Source: Macrostomum lignano
Lineage: Eukaryota
Reading direction: 5' to 3'
Length of the DNA: 64,000 bases
NCBI GenBank assembly: GCA_002269645.1
Contig: NIVC01003422.1
Span: forward strand, 1-64,000
A program made the translations under genes and the position numbers. The notes beneath the pieces are model-generated. The model had not been told where the DNA came from, made no database searches, and was given only the letters and a program-made list of their open reading frames with translations. Of the stretch, positions 24,401-36,700 are shown piece by piece; within the stretch, counting starts at the first letter, position 1; each line of letters opens with the position of its first letter.

Positions 24401-25797
24401 TTCATCCTTCAAGAGGGTCAATTGGGATTTTTATCCTTCAGGAGGGTCAATTGGGATTTTTATCCTTGACGAGGGTCAATTGGGATTTTTATCCTTGACG
24501 AGGGTAAATTGGGATTTTTATCATTCAGACGGGTCATTTGGGATTTTCATGCTTCAGGAGGGTTAATTGGGATTTTTATCCTTCATGAGGGTTATTTGTG
24601 ATTTTCATCCTTCAGGGGGTCATTTGGGATTTTTAATCCTTCGGGAGGGTCATTTGGGATTTTTGATCCTTCGGGAGGGTCGATTGGGATTTTTGATCCT
24701 TCCGGAGGGTCAATTGGGATTTTCATCCTTGAGGAGGGTCAATTAAGATTTTCATCCTTCAAGAGGGTCAATTGGGATTTTTATCCTTCAGGAGGGTCAA
24801 TTGGGATTTTTATCCTTGACGAGGGTCAATTGGGATTTTTATCCTTGACGAGGGTAAATTGGGATTTTTATCATTCAGACGGGTCATTTGGGATTTTCAT
24901 GCTTCAGGAGGGTTAATTGGGATTTTTATCCTTCATGAGGGTAAATTGGGATTTTCATCCTTCAAGGGGTCATTTAGGATTTTTGATCCTTCGGGAGGGT
25001 CAATTGGGATTTTTGATCCTTCGGGAGGGTCAATTGGGATTTTTGATCCTTCGGGAGGGTCAATTGGGATTTTCATCCTTCAGGAGGGTCATTTGGGATT
25101 TTTGATCCTTCGGGAGGGTTAATTGGGACTTTTATCATTCAGGAGGGTCAATTGGGATTTTCATCCTTCAGGAGGGTCAATTGCGATTTTCGTCATGCAG
25201 TCTCAGTGGGTCATTCCGCCTTGATCCTTAAAAGGTGTCATTTTGATATTTTTGTTATTTGAAGGAACTGCAAGTGCTCAGTACTCTCCATACCAGGTGA
25301 ACATATACGGCCTGGTAATCCTGTACTGGTCATTCTTCTGCAAGCCGGCGGCCTCGAGCGGAGTGTCTCTCATGCAGGAGCTGGCCGCGGCCGTCTCCGC
25401 CATCATCTGCTCCAGGCCTGAGGCCAGCGACCTGACCCCGGCTGACCTGGAGCAGTACCAAGCCAACGCTGAGAATGTGTTCGATCAGCTCGACCAGCTC
25501 AGCGGCCAGGATGACTTAGTCAAGATGCTCATGCTGGCATTGAAACTGTTCAATTCTGACACCATGCCAGCCGAGGTTCGCGGCCCAATTGAGGCTGCTC
25601 AATCTTCGTACTCTCGGCTATTAAAGAAATACCTGGCCTGCAAATTCGGCGTACCCGAAGCGATGCGTGCCTATCCAAAACTGCTGCTGACATTTGTTGA
25701 CATGCGCACTGTAGAGAGCAAGATGACGGACTTCACCAAACTGCTGTCTGTTGAATCTTTGAATCCGCTAGTGCGAGAGGTCACGCAGGCTAGCTGA
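21422..25797 (+). CDS. NR1J: Nuclear receptor, NR1J (HR96/DAF-12/NHR-8)-like, ~616 aa; exons 21422-21866, 22533-22943, 23541-24034, 25297-25797
   Basis: C4 zinc fingers CAVC...GYNFDRLTCESCKAFFRR (P-box CESCKA typical of NR1J). LBD signature FSEVEKDSQILMLK and AF-2-like PLVREV. GT-AG boundaries with matching phases (1,1,0); total 1851 nt = 617 codons. The exon 4 acceptor was chosen by LBD register; an alternative AG at 25280-25281 is possible. Confidence 0.9.
22400..22476 (-). pseudogene. tRNA-derived SINE head / decayed tRNA in nuclear receptor intron 1
   Basis: Minus strand: D-arm GCGC-AGCGGTAAAT-GCGT with A-box, perfect B-box GGTTCGATTCC (22412-22422). Anticodon and T stems are imperfect. 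Confidence 0.5.
22960..23490. repeat. 23-25-bp minisatellite (AATAATCGCCCCAAACTCTCTTG) filling NR intron 2
   Basis: Tandem array starting ~17 nt after the donor. Confidence 0.95.
24090..25195. repeat. 29-30-bp minisatellite (GGGATTTTCATCCTTCAGGAGGGTCAATT) filling NR intron 3
   Basis: Tandem array with an internal block duplication. Confidence 0.95.
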
Positions 25798-26374
25798 AAC
25801 TGTTTTCTAAGACCTGTTTTTATCTAATTATCGCTAATTAGCTGACGAGGCGACTATGCTATTGGTTGCTCCCGCCGTTTACCCATTAGCATCAGAGGAA
25901 TTTTGTTGCGCCACAAAAAACTGGCTGATCCAATAATCTAGGGTTTCTTACTATCTCTAGTCTTTTGTTTTGTTCCTTGTTGTTCGTTCTTTTTGCAGTC
26001 ATATTGTCTCCGAATGAATTGTTTGTGTTAATGGTTAAAGTTAATTAATCTTGCCTTAAAATAGCTACATCAAACTGATCAAAAAGTTACTATATTCATT
26101 GCCTCTTGTAGTTTGTTAGCCGTAGTGTTTCAATGCCAGTTTTTTTTCATTTCTCTGTGATACACTGATAGAAAACACGAAAAGCCCCGCTGAGAGAGTA
26201 GAAAGATCTTGACAGAAGTCCGAGAACTTTTTTTGCCAGCAATTAAAAGCCGCCTTTAACTGTTGTTCGCTTTTATGAGTAGATGAGTGACATTGGCTAG
26301 TTCAATCTGTGTGCGTGTTGTCCCCTCTCTCCTTTCACTTCCTTGGATTTTGGCTTTATGACTTCTCCCCTCCT

Positions 26375-26740
26375 GCATTCTCCCCTCCCCACTTCTCTCA
26401 TCTCTTCTCACCCCACTTCTCTCATCTCTTCTCTCTCCACTTCTCTCATCTCTTCTCTCTCCACTTCTCTCATCTCTTCTCTCTCCACTTCTCTCATCTC
26501 TTCTCACCCCACTTCTCTCATCTCTTCTCACCCCACTTCTTTCATCTCTTCTCCCCACTTCTCTCATCTCTTCTCTCTCCACTTCTCTTATCTCTTCTCC
26601 CCACTTCTCTCATCTCTTCTCCCCACTTCTCTCATCTCTTCTCTCTCCACTTCTCTCACCTCTTCTCCCCACTTCTCTCATCTCTTCTCTCCCCACTTCT
26701 CTTACTCTCCCCTACCTGCTTCTCTCTTCACATCTCCCCT
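26375..26740. repeat. 24-bp CT-rich minisatellite (CTCCACTTCTCTCATCTCTTCTCT)
   Basis: Tandem array. Confidence 0.9.
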
Positions 26741-27639
26741 CTGCGCAGCTCCATCATCTTACAGTTTCTATTTAATTCAACAACAGACTTGCTATAAAAA
26801 TCCAATCGCCTTTTGAATATATGTATAAATTCTCTTGGATCATTGTAGAGTTATTATAATTGAGTTCAGTCACCAACACAGACTCTCATTTCATAACTCG
26901 ATACTTTCAATATCTGTTTTTTTGTTTGAGAAGTTTAATTTGCTTTTCAATTTTGTCGCAAATCGAAGAGTAAATGTCCGTCAGACAATGTCTATAAACA
27001 TCTATATCGCAGTTTGTTTTTATTGTAATATTGGCCCAATTCATACTACTCGCACTAAGTAGCAAAGTCAAAGCATTATATTTGTTAGATAGTAGAATTC
27101 GCTTATATTCACAGCCAGTGCTTTGCTTAGTCTTTTTTGTGTCCCCTATCTTTGTTAAACTTTGTTAAAAATAATATTCGTTAACTTACACAAACCCAGC
27201 CCAGTTTACTAGTAGTAGCAAGTCGTGGTTTTTTAGGCATTTTTTTCTTTACTCGTTGTGCATATGCAGTCTTGTGTATGCCGGCTGCAAATTATCATTT
27301 AGCAACCGTCTCTATTGTTATGTCTTGTCTATACTCTATTGGTTGCATATTATATATAGTTAATATTATAGCATTAACTACCTGTAGTATTGACTTGCAA
27401 ATGGATAATGCCCTATTCGTGTTTTGTTAATTGAGTACTCAGACTCCACTGATGAAGCATCGACTGCGCACAGACTATCGGAGTTAAGTTGCTTTAATAT
27501 TGAACTGATTCAGATAGCCGCTATGAGCTTATTAACTGTTGTCTGGCCTTCTCTGTGTCTCTTTGTTAATTTCTGGGATCTGCCAGGTTCCGCCTGAGAG
27601 GAAAAGACTGGGCTTTCTGGTGCGACGCTATCGATAAAT

Positions 27640-28752
27640 AAAGGAATAGAATGGATTGCTAATCTAGCCTACATCGATAAATGCAGGAATAGAATGGATT
27701 GCTAGTCTAGCCTACATTGATAAATGCAGGAATAGAATGGATTGCTAATCTAGCCTACATCAATAAATGCAGGAATAGAATGAATTGCTAATCTAGCCTA
27801 CATCAATAAATGCAGGAATAGAATGGATTGCTAATCTAGCCTACATCAATAAATGCAGGAATAGAATGGATTGCTAATCTAGCCTACATCAATAAATGCA
27901 GGAATAGAATGGATTGCTAATCTAGCCTACATCAATAAATGCAGGAATAGAATGAATTGCTAATCTAGCCTACATCAATAAATTCAGGAATAGAATGGAT
28001 AGCTAATCTAGCCTACATCAATAAATGCAGGAATAGAATGGATTGCTAATCTAGCCTACATCAGTGAAGGAATAGAATGGATTGCTAATCTAGCCTACAT
28101 CAATAAATGCAGGAATAGAATGGATTGCTAATCTAGCCTACATCAATAAATGCAGGAATAGAATGTATTGCTAATCTAGCCTACATCAATAAATGCAGGA
28201 ATAGAATGGATTGCTAATCTAGACTACATCAATAAATGCAGGAATAGAATGGATTGCTAATCTAGCCTACATCAGTGAAGGAATAGAATGGATTGCTAAT
28301 CTAGCCTACATCAATAAATGCAGGAATAGAATGGATTGCTAATCTAGACTACATCAATAAATGCAGGAATAGAATGGATTGCTAATCTAGCCTACATCAG
28401 TGAAGGAATAGAATGGATTGCTAATCTAGCCTACATCAATAAATGCAGGAATAGAATGGATTGCTAATCTAGCCTACATCAGTGAAGGAATAGAATGAAT
28501 TGCTAATCTAGCCTGCATCAGTGATTAAGGAATAGAATGGATTGCTAATCTAGCCTGCATCAGTGAAGGAATAGAATGGATTGCTAATCTAGACTACATC
28601 AATAAATGCAGGAATAGAATGGATTGCTAATCTAGCCTACATCAGTGAAGGAATAGAATGGATTGCTAATCTAGCCTACATCAATAAATTCAGGAATAGA
28701 ATGGATTGCTAATCTAGCCTACATCAGTGAAGGAATAGAATGGATTGCTAAT
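27640..28752. repeat. 43/39-bp minisatellite (AGGAATAGAATGGATTGCTAATCTAGCCTACATCAATAAATGC)
   Basis: Head-to-tail copies of two length variants, with no unique spacers. Confidence 0.95.
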
Positions 28753-29249
28753 CTGATCGCGGCAGCCTGAGTCACTGTTTTTCTCCAAGGTTTACCCGGA
28801 AGCGCTCCCGCAGTCTGCGGTCGTCTCCCTTTGACTTTCCAGCGCTAGCGGCCTGCGGAAAAGTCCAGCCGCTGCTCCGACTAATTAACTCTGCGCGACG
28901 GGATCGCAAATTCCTAGTCTCAGATGGGGATCCAGGCATTGGCCAGCCCCTGGAGCAACTTAATCTGCTGCTAATTGCGCGTGTTTTTCTTTGATCTTGC
29001 CGGCCCGGCCTGTTTTGGTTAAGTTTTTAAGTCTTTACCTGATTAAAATTGATCGGCAACGTACACATGTAGTTGTTGGTGCTGGATTTTAACTCCAAGT
29101 GACGATCCAATTCTCTCCAGAATTAGCCTTTTGAAGGCAAACATTTATTTTGAGTTGGTTAATTTGGTCTCGTATTTATGATCTGCATGAAACTGCTAAT
29201 TAAGAGGGTACTGTTAAGACTGCTGCTGATAAATAGGTGCCGCACAGAG

Positions 29250-29670
29250 AGTGTTCTGCCACTCAAAGAGGGTGCTGCATGCTCAGAGAGGGTGCTGCAT
29301 GCTCAAGGAGGGTGCATGCTCAGAGAGGGCGCTGCATGCTCAGAGAGGGTGCATGCTCAGAGAGGGTGCTGCATGCTCAGAGAGAGTGCTGCATGCTTAG
29401 AGAGGGTGCTACATGCTTAGAGAGGGTGCTAGATGCTAAGAGGGTGCTGCATGCTTAGAGAGGGTGCTGCATGCTCAGAGGGTGCTGCATGCTTAGAGAG
29501 GGTGCTGCATGCTCAGAGGGTGCTGCATGCTTAGAGAGGGTGCTAGATGCTAAGAGGGTGCTGCATGCTTAGAGAGGGTGCTGCATGCTCAGAGGGTGCT
29601 GCATGCTTAGAGAGGGTGCTAGATGCTAAGAGGGTTCTAAATGCTCAGGGAGGGCGCTGCATGCTCAGAA
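29250..29670. repeat. ~20-bp minisatellite (GCTGCATGCTCAGAGAGGGT)
   Basis: Tandem array. Confidence 0.9.
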
Positions 29671-30389
29671 AGGTCCCTTGCTATTCTCGAGACTGCTGCT
29701 TTTATTGGAAATAAACTTTTTACCTTGTAGCGATAGGAAGGCAAAGTCATGCAGAGGGAGCTTCAACAGGGATTATTTATTAACTTTTAATCCCAAAGCA
29801 GATGGACATTTGCAGTGAGAGCCGGCCTTTCACGCAATGTCAATTTTCATGCTTGCTGTCAAGCCCTCAAGGCCGCTTCCGTAGTAGACAAGGAGGTTTT
29901 GGACGCGCGCATCCCGGATTGAAGATCGAGTTTCCGCCCCAGAGACCGCATCTGGAAGTCGTCGCCCCGGCTATGCAACGCAAAAAACAATGATAAAATC
30001 ACTGCTTTGGCGCAGAGCAGGAAATACAGCACTTGAGCGGAAGCAGATTGCTGGCTGGGTGATGCAGCGCACGCTGGAAGGCGGAGGCTGTGACAGCCGC
30101 AAGTCACGCGATTTCAAAATATTTCTCTCCCAGATGCCCCATGAATTTGCCGGATGTTGCGCAGATCCGGTAGATCCTTGCCTAGCTGGCTGCCTTGGTG
30201 ACCCCCGCCACGGATGAGGACACCCACTTGGAGTTCTTATTGGCTTCGGGTTTCTTATGACTGCACAATGATGACTCAGCCTGCTGCATGCAGCAGCAGA
30301 TCGGGGCCTGCTTGAGTGCTTTAAAAATTTTACTGTCAGTTGCACGACTTGATGTTGCTTTTCAGCGTTGCTTTTCTCCCTATCGTCCA

Positions 30390-30950
30390 CTTTTTGTCTC
30401 TATCAATGCATTTGTCTGCTCTCTATGTGTCTCTATCAATGCATTTGTCTGCTCTCTATGTGTCTCTATCAATGCATTTGTCTGCTCTCTATGTGTCTCT
30501 ATCAATGCATTTGTCCACTTTCGCCGTATCTCTATCAAGGTATTTGTCCACTCTGTGTCTTTACAAAGGCATTTGTCCACTTTCTCCGTGTCTCTATCAA
30601 TGCGTTTGTCCACTTTCTCCGTGTCTCTATCAATGCATTTGTCCACTTTCTCTGTGTCTTTTTAAAGGCATTTGTCGACTTTCTCCGTGTCTCTATCAAT
30701 GCATTTGTCCGCTCTCTATGTGTCTCTATCAATGCATTTGTCCACTTTCTCCGTGTCTCTATCAATGCATTTGTCCACTTTCTCTGTGTCTCTATCAATG
30801 CATTTGTCCACTTTCTCCGTGTCTCTATCAATGCATTTGTCCACTTTCTCCGTGTCTCTATCAATGCATTTGTCCGCTCTCTATGTGTCTCTATCAATGC
30901 ATTTGTCCGCTCTCTATGTGTCTCTATCAACGCATTTGTCCACTTTCTTT
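30390..30950. repeat. 33-bp minisatellite (GTCTCTATCAATGCATTTGTCCACTTTCTCCGT)
   Basis: Tandem array. Confidence 0.93.
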
Positions 30951-31549
30951 GTATGTCTTCACAGCATTTTTGCATATCCTGTTCCTTTAGACTCGTAATA
31001 GATCTGGCAAGACCCCATTGCAACTCAGCGTTAAGTTTTATATGTTGAAAAAAGGTTTATCATTTTAGCTAATTAGCATCAGACAGAGACACTTCGGATC
31101 TGATGGCAGTAGGAGCACTTTACCGAGTTATATTTTTCTCAGAGCCAGCAGGCTGTGGGGTGATAACTAGGAACACAGTGAGAAACCCGCAGCCCATATT
31201 GATTGACAGAACAACGCGCTGGATGAGGCTGCTGAGGCTGCAGGGCCAAAGCCTCATCCCGCTCTCACCTCAGTGACTTCACTAAGCCAAGCCTGTCTTT
31301 CAATTGCAAACGAGGACAGCATTAGCACACAACAGGCATGGGGGCTGGGGCCGACTCTGCTCCGGCATAATGAATGCGGATTGCCCGCCACGACCGGCGG
31401 CCCGATTTACGCACTGGTGACGGCGGATTTGGCCAGACTGACTTCATTAGCCTCGTTCAGATGCTGCACTGCGGCTGCGGAGATCGCGCTCAGGGCGTTG
31501 CACTGCATGAGCACCTCAGCAGCCTGGACTTCCCTTGATTTTCGTCTCT

Positions 31550-31930
31550 GCTTCCCTTCATCTCTGTCTCTCCCTTCATCTCCGTCTCTCCCTTCCCTTC
31601 ATGTACGTCTCTCTCCTCCCTTCATCTCCGTCTCTTCCCTCCCTTCATCTCCGTTTCTTCCTTTCTTTCATCTCTATCTCTCCCCTCCCTTCATCTCCGT
31701 CTCTTCCCTCCCTTCATCTCTGTCTCTCACTTCCCTTCATCTCTGTCTCTCACTTCCCTTCATCTCCGTCTCTCACTTCCCTTCATCTCTGTCTCTCACT
31801 TCCCTTCATCTCCGTCTCTCCCCTCCCTTCATCTCCGTCTCTCCCCTCCCTTCATCTCCGTCTCTACCCTCCCTTCATCTCTTTCTCTCACTTCCTTTCA
31901 TCTTCGTCTTTCCCCTCCCTCCTTCTCCGT
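31550..31930. repeat. CT-rich ~24-bp minisatellite (CCTTCATCTCCGTCTCTC core)
   Basis: Tandem array. Confidence 0.85.
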
Positions 31931-32589
31931 CTTGTCCCTCCCCTCCCCTCCCGCTCACGTTCTTATTCTAACTCTCCCTTCCACAGCCTGCTCTGCCATC
32001 TGGCCGTCTTTAGGAGGAAGAAACAAAAAAACAAGAAAGAAGGAGGGAAGCGGCACTGCAGGCACACACTGTACTGAGCATCCTTATCCAGGAGAGAGAG
32101 TTGCAGATCAGCTTCACCACGGCTATCGTGCGGCTCGGTCACGCGCCAAGCACAGATTAATGTTATGTTAATAATCAATGCCGCTGGATGCGGCAGTTCT
32201 CACGTTTCTTTGTTTCTTGATAAATTCTGCCTGGCGATTCTGGCACCCCTCAACACGCGAGAATTCCCACCTGGAAACTGGGCAGCAGGGGAAGCTTTCA
32301 TCGGGCTCTGATTGGCTGGCTTCGCATCGTCCACTAGAAAAAGCCCAAGCTGAATACCAAGCCACTATGATATCGCTCGCTCTCTGTGTGTCTTCTGCCG
32401 CCAAAGAAACAAAAGCAGACAAGAAGCAAAATATCTCCGAGCCGACAACTGCCAGCTGAGCGAGGTCGGACTTGACAACTAAATTCCAGAATCTGATGAG
32501 GAACTGGACAGCACGATATTGACGGTGAGAAACTGTGGCGACATCATTCCTGCTGAGAATCGCTGAGGTCTGTCCTCCATCAGTCGGAG

Positions 32590-32880
32590 CTCAGGAGCTG
32601 CTAGCGGTGACTCCATCTAACCCCATCACCGGTGCTATCCCCTCCGGTGTTACCATCTCACCGGTGCTATCCCCTCTCCGGTGTTACCCTCTCGCCAGTG
32701 CAAACGATGCTAACCCCTTACCGGTGTTATCCCCTCTCCGGTGTTACCCTCTCGCCAGTGCAAACCCCTCACCCGATGCTACCCCTTACCGGTGCTATCC
32801 CCTCTCCGGTGCCACGCCCTTACCGGTGCCTCCCCCTCACCGGTGCCTCCCCCTCACCGGTGCTACCCCTCCCCGGTGCC
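32590..32880. repeat. Degenerate ~17-19-bp repeat (CCGGTGCTATCCCCTCT)
   Basis: Variant tandem copies. Confidence 0.75.
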
Positions 32881-33481
32881 TCAGCGGAATGTTAAAGCCA
32901 ACTCATTCCTTTTCAAGCCCGAGCAGTGAGCAGCGGGCACAATTAACGCACAAATTGACACACAGAACTCCTTTCGTGGCCCAGGGGGCTCGGGTAAGAG
33001 CACGAATGTAAATAGCATTAAAATATTTTTTCATGTCGCGCTTATCACTCAGGCTGATCCGCTCGTATTCCCGACAGGGGAAAGGGGCGAAATCTTCCCT
33101 CCATCCTTCACACCCCATCCGTCCCAGTCGATCAGTCAGGCCAGCGCTCGGTTTAGCAGGGTACTGGGGGATTACCGCTAAGCTCAAACTAAGCTCAGGC
33201 CGCACTGGCAAAGGCAGGAGAATCGCGCCTGGTAAAAAAGAGAAACAGGACTAAAGGATATTTTCCTTTAGTTTCTACTACTGGCTGGCCCAGCTATCAA
33301 TCCGAGCGGATTGCGGATCCCATTAGTGCGGCCGCAGCTGCCCGGCAAGGAATCCCCAAGCGTTCCAGTCGAATTCTTTAGCGAGGGCGTCAAGTTTGCT
33401 CCCTTCTCTAGGGTGCAATGTATAAGGCAATGCAAAAAAGAAGGTTATACTCGTAAACTAGCTCGCAGCATTTAGTTAGTC

Positions 33482-33675
33482 CAGCAGCCACCCCACTCCC
33501 TGCCCTAGTCCTGCAGCCACCCCACTCCCTGCCCCAGTCCTGCAGCCACCCCACTCCCTGCCCCAGTCCTGCAGCCACCCCACTCCCTGCCCCAGTCCAG
33601 CAGCCACCCCACTCCCTGCCCCAGTCCAGCAGCCACCCCACTCCCTGCCCTAGTCCTGTAACCACCCCACTCCCT
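33482..33675. repeat. 29-bp minisatellite (CAGCCACCCCACTCCCTGCCCCAGTCCTG) just upstream of the first AChE coding exon
   Basis: About 6-7 copies, ending just before an acceptor TTTTCCCGCAG (33690). Confidence 0.9.
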
Positions 33676-33728
33676 TGCATTTTCCCGCAGACCCAGCAGA
33701 TGATCGACAGCAGCTCAGCAACAAGAAA

Positions 33729-36700
33729 ATGCTCGCCATCTCCGCAACGTCACCAGCTTCATCAGCTCTTTCATCGTCGCATTCGTCGATACTTCGGCGA
33801 GCATCGAGGAACTCAAGTCTTGGGTCTGGACTGTTTCTGCTGCCGCCGCTGCTGCTGCTGCTTCTGCTTCCGCAACAATGCTCAGCGATGGTGCTCAGAA
33901 GCGACGCCAGAAGCGGCAGCGGCATCGGCAGCGGTGATGGCGGCGACGAGGCTGCCGGACCAAATGGCGCCGAGACGCGACGCACGGTCCTTGGCGACGG
34001 CTCAGTGCTGCTGGGCTACAAGAAGCTAGCCGCTGCCCGCCCAGTCTGGCACTACATGGGCGTGCCGTTCGCCAAGCCGCCTGTCGGACCGCTGCGGTTT
34101 CGCCGCGCCGAGCCGCTGGACGCACCGTTGGGCAGCCAGCAGCGGCCGTTCAAGGCCTTCAACAAGCCGAAGACCTGCTATTATCACCCCATGTACCCCA
34201 GCGGCTACGAGGTGGCGGTGAGCAACTCCTGCATCCCCTGCTTCTCCAGCATCCACTGCATCCCCTGCATCCTCTGCATCCACTGCATCCCCTGCATCCC
34301 CTGCATCTCCTGCATCCCCTGCATCTCCTGCATCCCCTGCTTCTCCAGCATCCACTGCATCTCCAGCATCCACTGCATCTCCAGCATCCACTGCATCCCC
34401 TGCATCTCCTGCATCATTTGATCCACTGCATCCTCCTAAAGCGTTTGAACCCCCAGTTTCATCACTGAAATTCCCCATCATATTCCCCCAGAACAAGGCC
34501 CTAATAATGTGGTGGAACAACACGGAGATGTCCGAGGACTGCCTCTACTTGAACGTGTGGACACCAGCTGAGAGCTCCGGGCAGCCCCTAGCCGTGATGG
34601 TTTGGATATACGGCGGCTCTTTCTGCACCGGCTCGGCCTCACTCGAAGTCTACGACGGAGCCATACTGGCCGCGAAGGGCGGGGTGGTGGTGGTGTCCAT
34701 GCAGTACCGCACCGGCCCGCTTGGCTTCATGATGATGCACGACAGCGAGGCGCCCGGCAACATGGGGCTCACGGATCAGCTGATGGCCATGAAATGGGTC
34801 AACGCCAACATACGGTGGGTCTGTTGTACTGCTACCCCTGCCACCACTTCCGCCAGTAGTTCCAACACTAACCATCTTGCCCCTGCACTACCTCACTCCC
34901 TGCCCCACCTCACTCCCTGCCCCACCTCACTCCCTGCCCCACCTCACTCCCTGCCCCACCTCACTCCCTGCCCCACCTCACTCCCTGCCCCACCTCACTC
35001 CCTGCCCCACCTCACTCCCTGCCCCACCTCACTCCCTGCCCCACCTCACTCCCTGCCCCACCTCACTCCCTGCCCCACCTCACTCCCTGCCCCACCTCAC
35101 TCCCTGCCCCACCTCACTCCCTGTCCCACCTCACTCCCTGCCCCACCTCACTCCCTGTCACCACCCCACTCCCTGCCCCACCTCACTCCCTGCCCCACCT
35201 CACTCCCTGCCCCACCTCACTCCCTGCCCCACCTCACTCCCTGCCCCACCTCACTCCCTGCCCCACCTCACTCAACTCTATACATTAATGTGGCCAAGCA
35301 AACGGCACAAATCCCGCAGAAAATTCGGCGGCGACCCGGACCGAGTGACGCTTTTCGGCGAGTCAGCCGGCGCCGTGTCGGTGAATTTCCACATGATCTC
35401 GCCGTACTCGCAGACTTATTTCCGCCGGGCAATAATGCAGAGCGCCACAGCGGTGGCCTGGTGGGCGGCCGAGAACCGCTACATGGGGGAGCTGCGCGCC
35501 AAGCGTCTGGCTGAATCGGTGGGCTGCTACTACAACGACAAAGACAAGGCGCGCGTTGTTGAATGCCTTCGACATGTCAGCGTGAAGAACATCCAGGAGG
35601 CGGCCGGGCAGACCTCGTTAGACAGGGAGCAGCGACGAAACAACTACGCCATCTACAGGAACAGCAGCGGGCACGAGACCTACATGTACTTCGACCTGCG
35701 ATTTCGGCCGGTGTTTGGCACCGACTTCTTGCCGTACGACCACACTACTGTCATCGAGATGGGCAACTTCAAGAAGACCGACGTGCTGCTTGGTGAGTGT
35801 TGAGCTTGTAAATTTGCTTTGGTCATTGAGCTCGTGGGAATCGGGTGCATGACTGAATGGAAAATTACCCGAACGGAAAATTACCCGAACGGAAAATTAC
35901 CCGAACGGAAAATTACCCGAACGGAAAATTACCCGAACGGAAAATTACCCATAGTTACCCGAACGGAAAATTACCCGAACGGAAAATTACCCGAACGGAA
36001 AATTACCCATAGTTACCCGAACGGAAAATTACCCGAATGGAAAGTTACCCGAAAGGAAAGTTACCCAAAAGGAAAGTTACCCGAATAGAAAGTTACCCGA
36101 AAGGAAAGTTACCCAAATGGAAAGTTACCCGAATGGAAAGTTACCCAAATGGAAAGTTACCCAAATGGAAAGTTACCCGAACGGAAAATTACCCGAACGG
36201 AAAATTACCCGAACGGAAAATTACCCATAGTTACCCGAACGGAAAATTACCCGAATGGAAAGTTACCCGAATGGAAAGTTACCCAAATGGAAAGTTACCC
36301 GAATGGAAAGTTACCCGAATGGAAAGTTACCCAAATGGAAAGTTACCCGAAAGGAAAGTTACCCAAATGGAATGTTACCCGAATAGAAAGTTACCCGAAA
36401 GGAAAGTTACCCAAATGGAAAGTTACCCGAATGGAAAGTTACCCAAATGGAAAGTTACCCGAACGGAAAATTACCCGAACGGAAAATTACCCGAACGGAA
36501 AATTACCCGAATGGAAAGTTACCCGAAAGGAAAGTTACCCAAATGGAAAGTTACCCAAATGGAAAGTTACCCGAATGGAAAGTTACCCAAATGGAAAGTT
36601 ACCCGAAAGGAAAGTTACCCAAATGGAAAGTTACCCGAATAGAAAGTTACCCGAAAGGAAAGTTACCCAAATGGAAAGTTACCCGAATGGAAAGTTACCC

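Noticed and set aside
27640-28752. 43/39-bp and (38635-39175) 42-bp arrays that look CRISPR-like in size
   Set aside because: The units are head-to-tail without unique spacers, there are no cas genes, and the context is eukaryotic.
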